Assembly: GCA_046484135.1 (NCBI GenBank) | Contig: JAWOBU010000017.1 | Coordinates: 18,696-82,695 of the forward strand | Direction of reading: 5' to 3' | Length of the DNA: 64,000 bases | DNA from: a bacterium | GTDB lineage: Bacteria > RBG-13-61-14 > DATKZS01 | Shown: positions 10,292-18,969 of the stretch, in pieces | How the letters are laid out: the number at the start of each line of letters is the position of its first letter | Numbering within the stretch: the stretch's first letter is position 1 | Position numbers and translations under genes: made by a program | The notes under the pieces: model-generated | The model's database searches: none | What the model was told of the DNA's origin: nothing | The model's input: the letters and a program-made list of their open reading frames with translations, nothing else

Positions 10292-12306
10292 AAAGGACCT
10301 TACTGATCGTGGTGGGGGCGCTGTTGATCGCCTGTCCCGCTTTTGCAAGCGCGAAAGAGCTTCCCGCGCTTTCCGGAGGCAAGGTGATCCTGTTATGGAC
10401 GGACTTCGAGAAAATTCTGCGGGAGTACCTGGAGGAGGAGCCGGAGGATGAGCCGGAGCCGCCGGCGGGCTACTCCTTGCAGGACGCTTCCTTCCGGATA
10501 CGTGTCCGGGACGGCTTTGCCGAAGTCATGGCAGACTACCAGCTTCGAGTTCTTGCTCGCGGATGGGTGTCCGTGCCGATAGGGAAGAGGCAAAGCGGCA
10601 TAAGCGAAGTCAAGGTCAACGGCGAACCCGGCATGTTAAGGGAAGACTCCGGCCGGGTCATGCTGCTTTTGAAAGACCGGGGCCAAAGAAACCTTCGTGT
10701 CCTCCATACCGTGAAGGCCCCCCAGAAGCCGGGCCCCAACTCCTTTTACGTGCCTCTCTTTTCGGTGCCCGGAGCGAAGTTTGTGCTCACGGCTTCCGCC
10801 GAACTGTCCGATATCACCATATCCGACGCCGTCATCACCAGACAGGAGAAGAAGGAGAAACAGTGGAGGATCGAAGCGGTTTCCGGGACCATTTACGACC
10901 TGCGCGTGAATTACAGCGTTCCCGCGCCGGAAGCCGAGGGAGCTGAGAAAGAAGAGGTCCCTCCCAAGGTATACTCGAACACTCAGACCCTTCTTACCAT
11001 CTCGGACGAGGTGACCACCGCGAGGGTGGACCTTTCCTACGACGTAAAGCACAATCCAGTAACCGGCTTCGAGATCGAGCTGCCCGAAGATTACGAAGTT
11101 ATAGAGGTGGATGGAAAGGGAGTCGCCGGCTGGCAGGTTGACGAGGGAGTGCTTCATGTCAACGCGGGCTACGAGGTCACCGGCTCCTATGAGCTTGGTC
11201 TTCGCCTGGAGAGCCAGCGGGGAAAGGCCTCCGGCAAGGTGTCGCTTCCGGAGGTCTCCACACGGGGCGTGGAGCGGGAGACCGGCTACGTGGCGATTGT
11301 GACGAGCTCGAGCCTCGAGGTCAAGATTGACTCCATTAAAAACCTCATGCCCCTGGACGTGTCCGAGCTGCCGTCCGGGTTACGGCGCAAGTCCTCCTAT
11401 CCGCTTCTTTACGGCTTTCGCTACGTGCGCCGTCCCTACTCCGGCAGCATCAACGTAAAGCGGCACCAGGAGCTCGAGGTGTTAAACGCGGCCATTGATA
11501 TCGTCAACCTGGTTACCGTGTTCACCAACGACGGGAAGTCGGTGAGCAGAATCATATACGAACTCCGGAACAACAAGAAGCAGTACATCAAGATAGACCT
11601 GCCCGGCAAGGCAAAGGTGTGGAGCGCATATCTTGACGACAAGCCGGTGAAGCCGACCAGGAACGATACGGGCCAGGTGCTGGTGCCTTTGAAGAAGTCG
11701 GGTGCAGACAAGCGCGCCAGTTTTACGGTCGAGCTTATCTATTACGCGCCGGTGCCGAAGATGGAGGAGACGGGCTCGCACCTGGTGAAGATGCCGCGAG
11801 CGGACATACCCGCTTCAGAGATGCTCCTGTCCCTGTACCTTCCGCCGCACTACGAGTACGACGATTTTGAAGGAGACCTGGAAAGAATCGAGGAGGTGGA
11901 AGACCGGCAGATGAAGGCGGAAGCGGACAAGCCGCGGGAAGAGACAAAGGCCAAGCGACAAATCTACTCCAAGCGGGCCCTGGAGCGGCAGTCCAAGATG
12001 GAAATGGAGATCGCCGAGCAGGTCCAGCAAAAGGCGAAAAAGCCCGCACCCGCGCCTGCGCTCGACCGGGAGCGGCAAGCGGAAAGGCCCCGCGGAATGC
12101 TGCCGGTGAAGTTCAACGTGCCTTTGCGCGGCAGCCCCTTCCGGTTCAGCAAGCTTATCATCATGCGCGAGTCTCCCGAGCTCACTTTCAGTTATGAAAA
12201 AGAAGATGAAGGAAAAGGGCTGGTTTACCTTGTTGCCGGCCTGGCAATCGCGGTGATTGTTGTGACAGGGCTCTTGATTCTAAGGAAAAGGAAGACCGTA
12301 ACATAA
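10288..12306 (+). CDS. Large secreted protein with C-terminal membrane anchor, paralog of 8267..10291 (paralog B). The track start 10168 is an upstream extension
   Basis: ATG overlaps the upstream stop (ATGA). MKRTLLIVVGALLIACPAFA signal peptide; EEEPEDEPEPP linker; colinear similarity to paralog A (e.g. RHQELEVLNAAIDIV.. vs RHRDIEVLTCTVDKA..; YELRNNKKQYIKIDLP vs YTIRNNREQFIKVKLP); C-terminal TM + RKRK. Confidence 0.7.
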   Translation: MKRTLLIVVGALLIACPAFASAKELPALSGGKVILLWTDFEKILREYLEEEPEDEPEPPAGYSLQDASFRIRVRDGFAEVMADYQLRVLARGWVSVPIGKRQSGISEVKVNGEPGMLREDSGRVMLLLKDRGQRNLRVLHTVKAPQKPGPNSFYVPLFSVPGAKFVLTASAELSDITISDAVITRQEKKEKQWRIEAVSGTIYDLRVNYSVPAPEAEGAEKEEVPPKVYSNTQTLLTISDEVTTARVDLSYDVKHNPVTGFEIELPEDYEVIEVDGKGVAGWQVDEGVLHVNAGYEVTGSYELGLRLESQRGKASGKVSLPEVSTRGVERETGYVAIVTSSSLEVKIDSIKNLMPLDVSELPSGLRRKSSYPLLYGFRYVRRPYSGSINVKRHQELEVLNAAIDIVNLVTVFTNDGKSVSRIIYELRNNKKQYIKIDLPGKAKVWSAYLDDKPVKPTRNDTGQVLVPLKKSGADKRASFTVELIYYAPVPKMEETGSHLVKMPRADIPASEMLLSLYLPPHYEYDDFEGDLERIEEVEDRQMKAEADKPREETKAKRQIYSKRALERQSKMEMEIAEQVQQKAKKPAPAPALDRERQAERPRGMLPVKFNVPLRGSPFRFSKLIIMRESPELTFSYEKEDEGKGLVYLVAGLAIAVIVVTGLLILRKRKTVT

Positions 12307-12496
12307 TCGAGCCGGCGGTGGACTTTAGAGGGATGCAGTCGGTGAAGTTCCCCCAAAATTTCTCGTGTTACTCTCGCGTCCTCTTTGAAAAAGCACAGAT
12401 GCCTCGGGGCTGAAGTGAAAATGGAAAAACGCACAAGCTGCCGGGGCGTGCATGAGCCGCGGACTGTGGTGTAGGCCATGACTCCTTTTCGCAAGC

Positions 12497-12713
12497 CGGC
12501 CTGCACAACCCCCGGAAGAGGGGGTGACGTCCATGGCCGGTACGCGAATTTGGCCCGCACAACCCGCGGAAGATGGCCCGCACAACCCCCGGAAGATGGC
12601 CCACACAACTCCCGAAAGATGGCCCGCACAACTCCCGAAAGATGGCCCACACAACTCCCGAAAGATGGCCCACACAACTTGTTGTGTGGGTGATTGAAGA
12701 TCATGGGAGAATC
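12497..12713. repeat. 23-bp tandem direct repeat array (one degenerate copy, then six tight copies of ggcccRcacaacYcccgRaagat) ending in a perfect palindrome
   Basis: Six consecutive 23-bp units at 12552-12689. Upstream degenerate copy at 12497-12519. The final unit converts into the palindrome cccacacaac-tt-gttgtgtggg (12692-12713). Confidence 0.85.
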
Positions 12714-12816
12714 CGCTTCAATTGGTAAAGTACACGAAGAAGACCGGATGGTTTGATGCCGGAGGGATGCGGCAAACATCTTTTACAATGTACCTGCAGA
12801 CCCACTTCGTGAGTCT

Positions 12817-12840
12817 GCCCACACAACAAGTTGTGTGGGC
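12817..12840. repeat. Second copy of the palindrome gcccacacaac-aa-gttgtgtgggc
   Basis: Perfect 11-bp arms, about 105 bp downstream of the first palindrome. Adjacent 5-bp stem hairpin cagac..gtctg. Confidence 0.8.
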
Positions 12841-13004
12841 CATCATGGTGGCTGAGTGGTGTACTCCATTGGACAAAGAAGAGTTGTAAATGGCCGATTG
12901 GAAACTTAAGACAAACGGTCCTGCTTGCCGGTGCCGCTGATGGAGTGACTGGCCGGACATAAAAAATGGGGGAATTTCATGATGCAGTCGCCTTTGACCA
13001 CGTC

Positions 13005-13784
13005 TCAAGCGAGCATGCGGTCCAGGAAATCCAGGATTTCCAGGACCCCTTCGGTCTCTGCCTTGTTTGCTATCAACACGGTGCCGGAGATGAGGTCAGG
13101 AGCTTCCATCAGGGGAACGGCGTTCCTGCCCGCTTTCTCGAGCAGCGGCCGCAGTTCGGTGGCAATGTTGGCGGGCGCCAGCGAGAAATGAGAGTCGGCG
13201 AGCAGGTCCTGGTCGTTCATGGAATCTGCGACCCCGATGATCTCCCGGTCGCCCGCTACCGCGGCCAGGCCGGTGTACTTGTTGTAGCCCACCGGCAGGA
13301 TGTCCACGGCCACCGACGAGTAAGTAACCTGCACCCGGTCATGAAAATTCGAGTCCCCCACAAACCCTTCGATCTTCTCATGCAAAGAACGCGGATCATC
13401 GCTGAACATGGAAATGGTGGTAAGCCGGTGCGCGAAGTAATTGATTTCCGGAAAAGACTGCGCCCGGAGCTGTCCCTCCAGCTCCCAGATGGTCTTGAGC
13501 TCTTCCTTGGTGGTCAGAATCTTTTCGGTCTCGCCGTCCGGGCTCAAGGAGCAGCCCGTCTCGAGAACGTAGCCGTCCACCTGTTCGAGTATCTCGGGCG
13601 GGACCTTCTCTTTTACGAACTTAAGATCGTTGCCGGTGCAGATAAACCGGCTGATCCGGTCTTTTATACGGGCCAGCCCTTCACTGACCATGTTGACCAG
13701 CTCGGGACGGATGACCTCGCCCGGCTCCAGCAGCGTTCCGTGTAAGTCAAGGCCCAGTATGTAAGCGGGTTCTGTTTCTACCAT
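13005..13784 (-). CDS. HAD-superfamily hydrolase (subfamily IIB / Cof-SPP-like)
   Basis: 259 aa; motif I LGLDLHGTLL (DxH instead of DxD); motif IV GDSMNDQDLL. Confidence 0.7.
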   Translation of the reverse strand: MVETEPAYILGLDLHGTLLEPGEVIRPELVNMVSEGLARIKDRISRFICTGNDLKFVKEKVPPEILEQVDGYVLETGCSLSPDGETEKILTTKEELKTIWELEGQLRAQSFPEINYFAHRLTTISMFSDDPRSLHEKIEGFVGDSNFHDRVQVTYSSVAVDILPVGYNKYTGLAAVAGDREIIGVADSMNDQDLLADSHFSLAPANIATELRPLLEKAGRNAVPLMEAPDLISGTVLIANKAETEGVLEILDFLDRMLA

Positions 13785-14524
13785 TCTTCTCTCATCAGTT
13801 GGTTTACTACTTTTCCGACCCGGTCCTGGAGCTGGTTGGGGGACACCGACGACCCCTTGTTGATGTACATGGCGGGCGCGCAGTGAAGCAGGACCTTGCG
13901 GAAGGTTTCGTCACACCTTTTGGACGTAAAAAACAGGATGGGAACATTATCCATATCCTGGGCCTGTTCATGGGCGCGCATGGCCACCGCGGAGCTGATG
14001 CCGTTCAACACCGGCATCTTTACGTCCATTACCACCAGCCCGATCATGGTCTTAATGTCGCGTTCCCGGATGTAACGGCCCAGGAACTCGTAGCCGTTCT
14101 TGCAGGGGATCACCCGCTCGGTAAGGCCCTGCTCAATCAACGTATCGTTCAGGATCGCTGAAATGAGCGAGGAGTCCTCCACCGTGATGACCGTCTGCAA
14201 AGGAGGGCCTTCCGAGACCGGCTCCGGCTCTTCCAAAAGCTCGCCGCCCGCCTTTTGCGGCGTGGACATGGCGCTCGGAAGATCGGGCATCACGAACTCG
14301 GAGCCCGAGCTCTCCTCCGGCCGGAAATCCCCCGGCGACGTGCTGGGCCGGGAAGGAAGCCGGGAAGGATCGGGAAGCGTCTGCGGCTGTTTAACCGTGC
14401 CCAGATAAGAGTGGCAGTGAACGCATTGAAGAAGGTCTTCTCCTTCTATCCCGATGCTCACCCGTTCTACCGGGACCTCCTCGCCGCAGCTTATGCAATA
14501 AACCTTCTCCGGAACCTTGTCCAT
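13778..14524 (-). CDS. Response regulator with an N-terminal zinc-ribbon and C-terminal CheY-like receiver, no output domain
   Basis: CISCGEE...CVHCHS (CxxC x2) at the N-terminus; receiver signature TVEDSSLI...VVMDVKMP...FFTSK. Overlaps the HAD gene by 7 nt. Confidence 0.75.
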   Translation of the reverse strand: MDKVPEKVYCISCGEEVPVERVSIGIEGEDLLQCVHCHSYLGTVKQPQTLPDPSRLPSRPSTSPGDFRPEESSGSEFVMPDLPSAMSTPQKAGGELLEEPEPVSEGPPLQTVITVEDSSLISAILNDTLIEQGLTERVIPCKNGYEFLGRYIRERDIKTMIGLVVMDVKMPVLNGISSAVAMRAHEQAQDMDNVPILFFTSKRCDETFRKVLLHCAPAMYINKGSSVSPNQLQDRVGKVVNQLMREEW

Positions 14525-14624
14525 TAGATGGTTATTATATCAGTTAAAAATCCACTAACAACCCGTAACAAGCAAAATATGACTCGCGGTTCTCGGGCCT
14601 GAGACATGAGGGGGAATTTCAGCC

Positions 14625-14653
14625 TTGACCAAAGTAAAAATCTTTAGTACAAT
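14625..14653 (+). promoter_or_regulatory. sigma70 promoter TTGACC-17-TACAAT for the cytochrome/porin operon, giving a leader of about 280 nt
   Basis: ttgacc 14625-14630, 17-nt spacer, tacaat 14648-14653. Confidence 0.45.
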
Positions 14654-14804
14654 TCTTCCAGTCTCCGAGTCGTTCTTCCCTACAGCAGGAGAAAATGCCA
14701 AGGGAGGCGACCGAAAGGCCGCGAGGGAAACCTCGCGACCCCCCGTGCTTGGAAAGGAGATGTGAGGCCACGGCTTATACAAGCTCGTGGACTGCGCATT
14801 ACAC

Positions 14805-14831
14805 GGCTCTCCGGGGGAGGGCCGTTTTTTT
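14805..14831 (+). promoter_or_regulatory. Terminator-like hairpin + U-run inside the 5' leader (candidate attenuator or riboswitch expression platform)
   Basis: ggctctcc-ggg-ggagggcc stem followed by gttttttt, about 105 nt upstream of the ATG at 14937. Confidence 0.4.
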
Positions 14832-14936
14832 GTTCGTGCCTCCTTTCTTCTCCTGATGTAAGGGCCGGCCCGGAGAAATGTATATATACAAAGTGGGGCG
14901 ATCAATCAATCTTCGGGAGAAAGAAGGGAGGAAGTT

Positions 14937-16220
14937 ATGAAAAGGAATGAATGGAAAAGGAAAACATTTGTCTTACTGACAGTCATGTCTTTTGCAATAG
15001 CAGGAGGCATGGTATTTATCCAGGGCTGCGGTTCTTCTGATGACGGCAGTGGTGACATGGTCTGCTCGTCGCGGGCCTACAAGGGGCACGCTTCGGACCG
15101 GGACATCAACAACTTTGTTCAGGTATATCCCCACACGGTGGGGACCCGGCTGGACGACTGCCAGACCTGCCACACCGGAGGAGAGATCACCGTAACAGAA
15201 ACCGAGGGCAACACCACGGAAGTTGAGACCGAATGGAAGAACTCTTGCGATTATTGTCATTACATCCCCTATCCGCCGGAGCCTCACAGCATAAGCGGCG
15301 AGACGGTTACCGGGTATCCCAAGACCTATTACGATACCTTGAACGGCTACGGCAAGGACTACATGGACAATGGCCGGGACAAGGGCGCCTTGACCACCAT
15401 CGCCGGTCTTGACAGCGACGGGGACAGCTTTTTAAACCACGAGGAGATAGCGGACCTCCGTTACCCGGGGGACTCCGGCAGCAAGCCCGGACAAAAGCTT
15501 TGTCCCATGCGCACGGTCACCGTATCCGAGCTCAAGGGCATGACAGCTCATTCCCAGTTTATGCTGGCCAACACCACCAAGCAGCAGTTCGACTTCTACG
15601 CCAACTGGAAGGGAGTAAAGATCATAGACATCCTGCAAGGAGAAAGCGTAGACCTTAGCGGCGCGAAAAGTATTGATATCCTGGCGCCGGACGGTTTCAC
15701 CAAGTCCTTCAGCGTAAGCGAGATCACGGACCAGTACCCTTACCATAAGTTTTTCAGCGGCTTCGGGGCGGCTGATCTCGGCAGCGACTGCGCCTTTGTC
15801 GAGTATCCGGCTGACACCCGCGGTTATGCTTACGGCGACACCATCACTGATGACCAGTACCATATCCTGGCCTACGAGCGCGAGGGACAACCCCTGGAAG
15901 AATCTTACCTGGACCCCTCTTCCGGCAAGATCGGGGGGGAAGGACCGCTTCGCAATATCATTCCGCCGGGGGCTACGGACGACCAGTACAACCAGCCCGA
16001 TCGCGGCAAGTACGCGGACACCAGCGGCTGTGGTCTTCCAGAGTGGGACTATGACTTCAACAAGGACCACAACGCTCACAACATGGTCAAGGGCGCGGTG
16101 ATCATCCGCATCCAGCCCATGCCGACGGGTTGCGAGGAGTTCGACATCAACAACGGCGGCTGGGCCCTGATTGACGCGGGCGAGCTTCTGATCTACGGCC
16201 ACGGCGTCACCGCGGAGTAA
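14937..16220 (+). CDS. Diheme c-type cytochrome lipoprotein with Ca-binding-like DxDxDG segment and a C-terminal domain of uncertain fold (possibly sulfite-oxidase-family Moco-binding-like)
   Basis: Signal peptide + lipobox-like IQGC; two CxxCH (CQTCH, CDYCH); DSDGDSFLNHEEIADL; strong RBS aagggagg. Confidence 0.75.
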   Translation: MKRNEWKRKTFVLLTVMSFAIAGGMVFIQGCGSSDDGSGDMVCSSRAYKGHASDRDINNFVQVYPHTVGTRLDDCQTCHTGGEITVTETEGNTTEVETEWKNSCDYCHYIPYPPEPHSISGETVTGYPKTYYDTLNGYGKDYMDNGRDKGALTTIAGLDSDGDSFLNHEEIADLRYPGDSGSKPGQKLCPMRTVTVSELKGMTAHSQFMLANTTKQQFDFYANWKGVKIIDILQGESVDLSGAKSIDILAPDGFTKSFSVSEITDQYPYHKFFSGFGAADLGSDCAFVEYPADTRGYAYGDTITDDQYHILAYEREGQPLEESYLDPSSGKIGGEGPLRNIIPPGATDDQYNQPDRGKYADTSGCGLPEWDYDFNKDHNAHNMVKGAVIIRIQPMPTGCEEFDINNGGWALIDAGELLIYGHGVTAE

Positions 16221-16237
16221 ACAGGGCTGGTAATACG

Positions 16238-17389
16238 ATGAAAAGAAGTGTGTGGATAGCGACAGGTGTTTTTGTCCTTCTTTTCTCCCAGGCATTAGAT
16301 GCGGGGATCAAGGCGGGCCTGGAAGCCAACGCCGGCTTCTGGTGGGTCCTCCAGGAAGAGGTCGAAAACGGAGAGCTGCAGGCCGGCACCAGGGACACGG
16401 CGGCACAGGAGGCCTCCGGATTCAACTTCAAGCAGGGCCGCCTGGGTGTACATTTCGGGACAGATAACGGCAAGCTGGAAGGGGTCTTCCGCATCCGGCT
16501 GGAAGAGCGAATGGACATCATTGACTGTTACGGTATCTTCCATGCCGCGCCGTGGATGAGCTTTTACGTGGGCCAGATGAAGATTCCCTCTACCCGTGAG
16601 GTCCTGAAAAGGGACCACATGACTGATTTTGTAACCCGCACTACCTTTGCGCAAAACGTGGGCGACTTCTCTCTTGCCAAGACACCTTACATATCATCGC
16701 TCATGAACGCCTGGAGCCTTAACCGCGACCTCGGGATCGCAGTTAAAGGACAGGTGCCGGACCGGGAAAGCCCGTTTCTCAACTATTACGTAATGGTCGG
16801 AAACGGCGCAGGCGCCGGCCGCTACACCGGAGGCAAGGAGTCCAGCGAGTTTTTTTACACCAACAACTTCGGGGATTATTACTACGGGGGCCGCCTCGAG
16901 ATTTCACCGTGGGACTGGCTTATGGTGGGCGGCCACATGAGCAGGAACCGGCATGAGGACGCGATCATCCAGGACAAGAAGACGGTGGTGGACCTGGAAA
17001 GGGAGGTCTGGACCGCGGACCTCGAGCTCAGGGCTCCATGGGGGACCCGGCTTTATGGTTTTTACGGCGAGGGCTGGATGGAGGACTACTTCTTTTCCCA
17101 GGACTACGAGTTTGACTACCACGGATGGGGATGCTGGCTGGTCCAGGAGCTCATGGACGGAAAACTCGAGCTTGCGGCCCGGTACGACACCTTCACCACC
17201 GAGTTTCAGAAGGACGGGTATCCGGTCTCCCGGAACAACACCACTTACGGGATCAACTGGAGACCAAACCCCTCCTTCAGGCTTCAAGTAAATTACAAGC
17301 ACAAAGAAACCGAGTGCGATTACATGGAAGACCTGGACGATGATCTCCTGGTCATGAACATGCAGTATATTTTCGACACCTGGCAGTAG
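16238..17389 (+). CDS. Outer-membrane beta-barrel (porin-like) protein
   Basis: 383 aa, signal peptide MKRSVWIATGVFVLLFSQA, alternating amphipathic beta-strand pattern, aromatic-rich C-terminus ...YIFDTWQ. 17 nt downstream of the cytochrome gene. Confidence 0.55.
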   Translation: MKRSVWIATGVFVLLFSQALDAGIKAGLEANAGFWWVLQEEVENGELQAGTRDTAAQEASGFNFKQGRLGVHFGTDNGKLEGVFRIRLEERMDIIDCYGIFHAAPWMSFYVGQMKIPSTREVLKRDHMTDFVTRTTFAQNVGDFSLAKTPYISSLMNAWSLNRDLGIAVKGQVPDRESPFLNYYVMVGNGAGAGRYTGGKESSEFFYTNNFGDYYYGGRLEISPWDWLMVGGHMSRNRHEDAIIQDKKTVVDLEREVWTADLELRAPWGTRLYGFYGEGWMEDYFFSQDYEFDYHGWGCWLVQELMDGKLELAARYDTFTTEFQKDGYPVSRNNTTYGINWRPNPSFRLQVNYKHKETECDYMEDLDDDLLVMNMQYIFDTWQ

Positions 17390-17600
17390 TTGTAACACTG
17401 AGAAAAGGGGCCTGTCTTTATGAAGGCGGGCCTCTTTTTTTAAGAGCTTGAGTTAGGTACGCTTAACTTTCCTGGAGCGCTGTGGTACAATAATCGAGAT
17501 TTTGGCAAAAGAAACACTAGAGATGCAAATTTACTAAAAGCAAGTTTTTCGCGGCTTAGGCCGCTCGCCCGGATGAAATCATTTTACAGGAGGAAGTGAG

Positions 17601-17945
17601 ATGAAAAAGGTAGTAATCGTAGGCTGTGGCGCGTACATGGACAGCGGCTACGGCTGTCCCGGCGAATGGAGATGTTTAAAGGCCGCGGCTTTGGGAGAAG
17701 GAAACTTTGAGGAGCCGGTCCAGGTAGTGGGCTTTGTCAAATGCGAATGTCCGGGCAGAAGCGCGGCCCCCAACGTGGGCATGACCAAGAAGCTCTCCGA
17801 GGTCGAGCCGGATGCGGTATATCTGTCATCTTGCCTGGTCAACGCCAAGCCGCCTTGTCCCTATGCGAGCGCGGACGATCTGGCAGGGGCCATTCAAAAA
17901 AAGACCGGCCTTACCGTGAAGCTGGGCACGCACGAGTATCACTGA
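17601..17945 (+). CDS. CGGC-domain protein
   Basis: 114 aa; VVIVGCGAYMDSGYGCPGEWRC...VKCECPGR...SSC: cysteine pattern of the CGGC family. Confidence 0.6.
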   Translation: MKKVVIVGCGAYMDSGYGCPGEWRCLKAAALGEGNFEEPVQVVGFVKCECPGRSAAPNVGMTKKLSEVEPDAVYLSSCLVNAKPPCPYASADDLAGAIQKKTGLTVKLGTHEYH

Positions 17946-17969
17946 TTCGCGGCACGAGCTCCCGGAGCT

Positions 17970-18941
17970 TCATCCTGCCGCGGCTCGTTCCTTTTCCAGC
18001 AGCTCCAACTGGAGCTTCTTCCACTCATGGCCCCGCTCCTGGATTTCCCGGTATGATAGCTCGTCATCCACGTCCAGGGTGGGTCCCGGCCCGATGGTCT
18101 CAAGGATACGACCGGAGGTCTGGAAAAGGCGGCTTATGCGCTTTTCCACCACCGCCACCGGCACATAAGGACGGATCATGTCCCGCAGCCGGTGCCAGCC
18201 GCGGCGGTGGGAGGTCTTGGCGATCTGTAACAGGAAGTAGTAAAACAGGTTGCCGGGAGTGAGGACATAGCGGGAGATGGCGAAGAGTCCGCTGACCACG
18301 TTCCGGAAGTGGCGCTGGTAGCGGAGGTTGTAGATGATGGGCACGTACTTGCCGGTTACCGCTCCCAGGTGCAGCGGCCGGAAGCAGAAGATGTTCGAGT
18401 GCCGCGCGATATACTCCTTGAAGCAGTAGTACATCCACCACTCTCCAGGCGCGACTCCGTGAGGAGTGAACGGCTCCAAGAGGTCCTCCCGGGTAAAACC
18501 GTACACGATGTTGGCGGAATCGAGCGGTGCGGTGCTGATGAAATGATCAATCTCGAAAGGCTCGATAAGAGGAAGGTCGCTGGTAAGGGCGAACACTGCC
18601 TTGTCCGACTCGGGCGAAGACTTTAACTCTTCCTCTGTTGCGCCCTCCCGGTAAGCGGGAAAGGTGGAAAGAGCGCCGTAGTAAATGTTCTCGAAAATGT
18701 CTCTGCCCTGTTCGCGCACATGGAGCGGCTTGGCCGAGGAATAACCGGTAAGGCTCTTCTCAAGCCGGGAGCCGGGACCTATCACGGTTATCGAACTTAC
18801 GGTCTCCGACCGCTCCAGGGCCTCGACCACCCATGTAACGAGCGGCTTCTCCTTATAAAGAAGAAAAGCCTTATTATCTCCCAAAACCGGCACCGCGGCC
18901 TCGCTGTCGCCGGCAAGAACTATGGCGTCCAAAGTCCTCAT
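17970..18941 (-). CDS. Nucleotidyltransferase (MobA-like NTP-transferase fold) with C-terminal extension
   Basis: N-terminus LDAIVLAGDSEAAVPVLGDNKAFLLYKEKPLVTWVVEAL is typical of GT-A NTP transferases. Confidence 0.6.
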   Translation of the reverse strand: MRTLDAIVLAGDSEAAVPVLGDNKAFLLYKEKPLVTWVVEALERSETVSSITVIGPGSRLEKSLTGYSSAKPLHVREQGRDIFENIYYGALSTFPAYREGATEEELKSSPESDKAVFALTSDLPLIEPFEIDHFISTAPLDSANIVYGFTREDLLEPFTPHGVAPGEWWMYYCFKEYIARHSNIFCFRPLHLGAVTGKYVPIIYNLRYQRHFRNVVSGLFAISRYVLTPGNLFYYFLLQIAKTSHRRGWHRLRDMIRPYVPVAVVEKRISRLFQTSGRILETIGPGPTLDVDDELSYREIQERGHEWKKLQLELLEKERAAAG

Positions 18942-18969
18942 CACCCGAAACGTCCTTTGACTATGGCCT

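Noticed and set aside
8267-12306. Assignment of the paralog pair to BatD, DUF4139/MuiA or sortase/exosortase substrate families
   Set aside because: No PEP-CTERM/LPXTG sorting motif, no QSTGEDW-type DUF4139 signature and no bat operon context. Similarity cannot be established by eye
12552-12689. CRISPR array
   Set aside because: The repeats are contiguous with no unique spacers and the unit is only 23 bp. No cas genes are in the window
12478-12693. 71-aa ORF (and three overlapping minus-strand ORFs 12225..12779) across the tandem repeat array
   Set aside because: The translation is just the 23-bp repeat read in frame (periodic MARTTPERWP...). There is no RBS and no coding signal
17390-17460. 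Intrinsic terminator after the porin-like gene
   Set aside because: A T7 run is present but I could not find a convincing GC stem immediately upstream; not annotated
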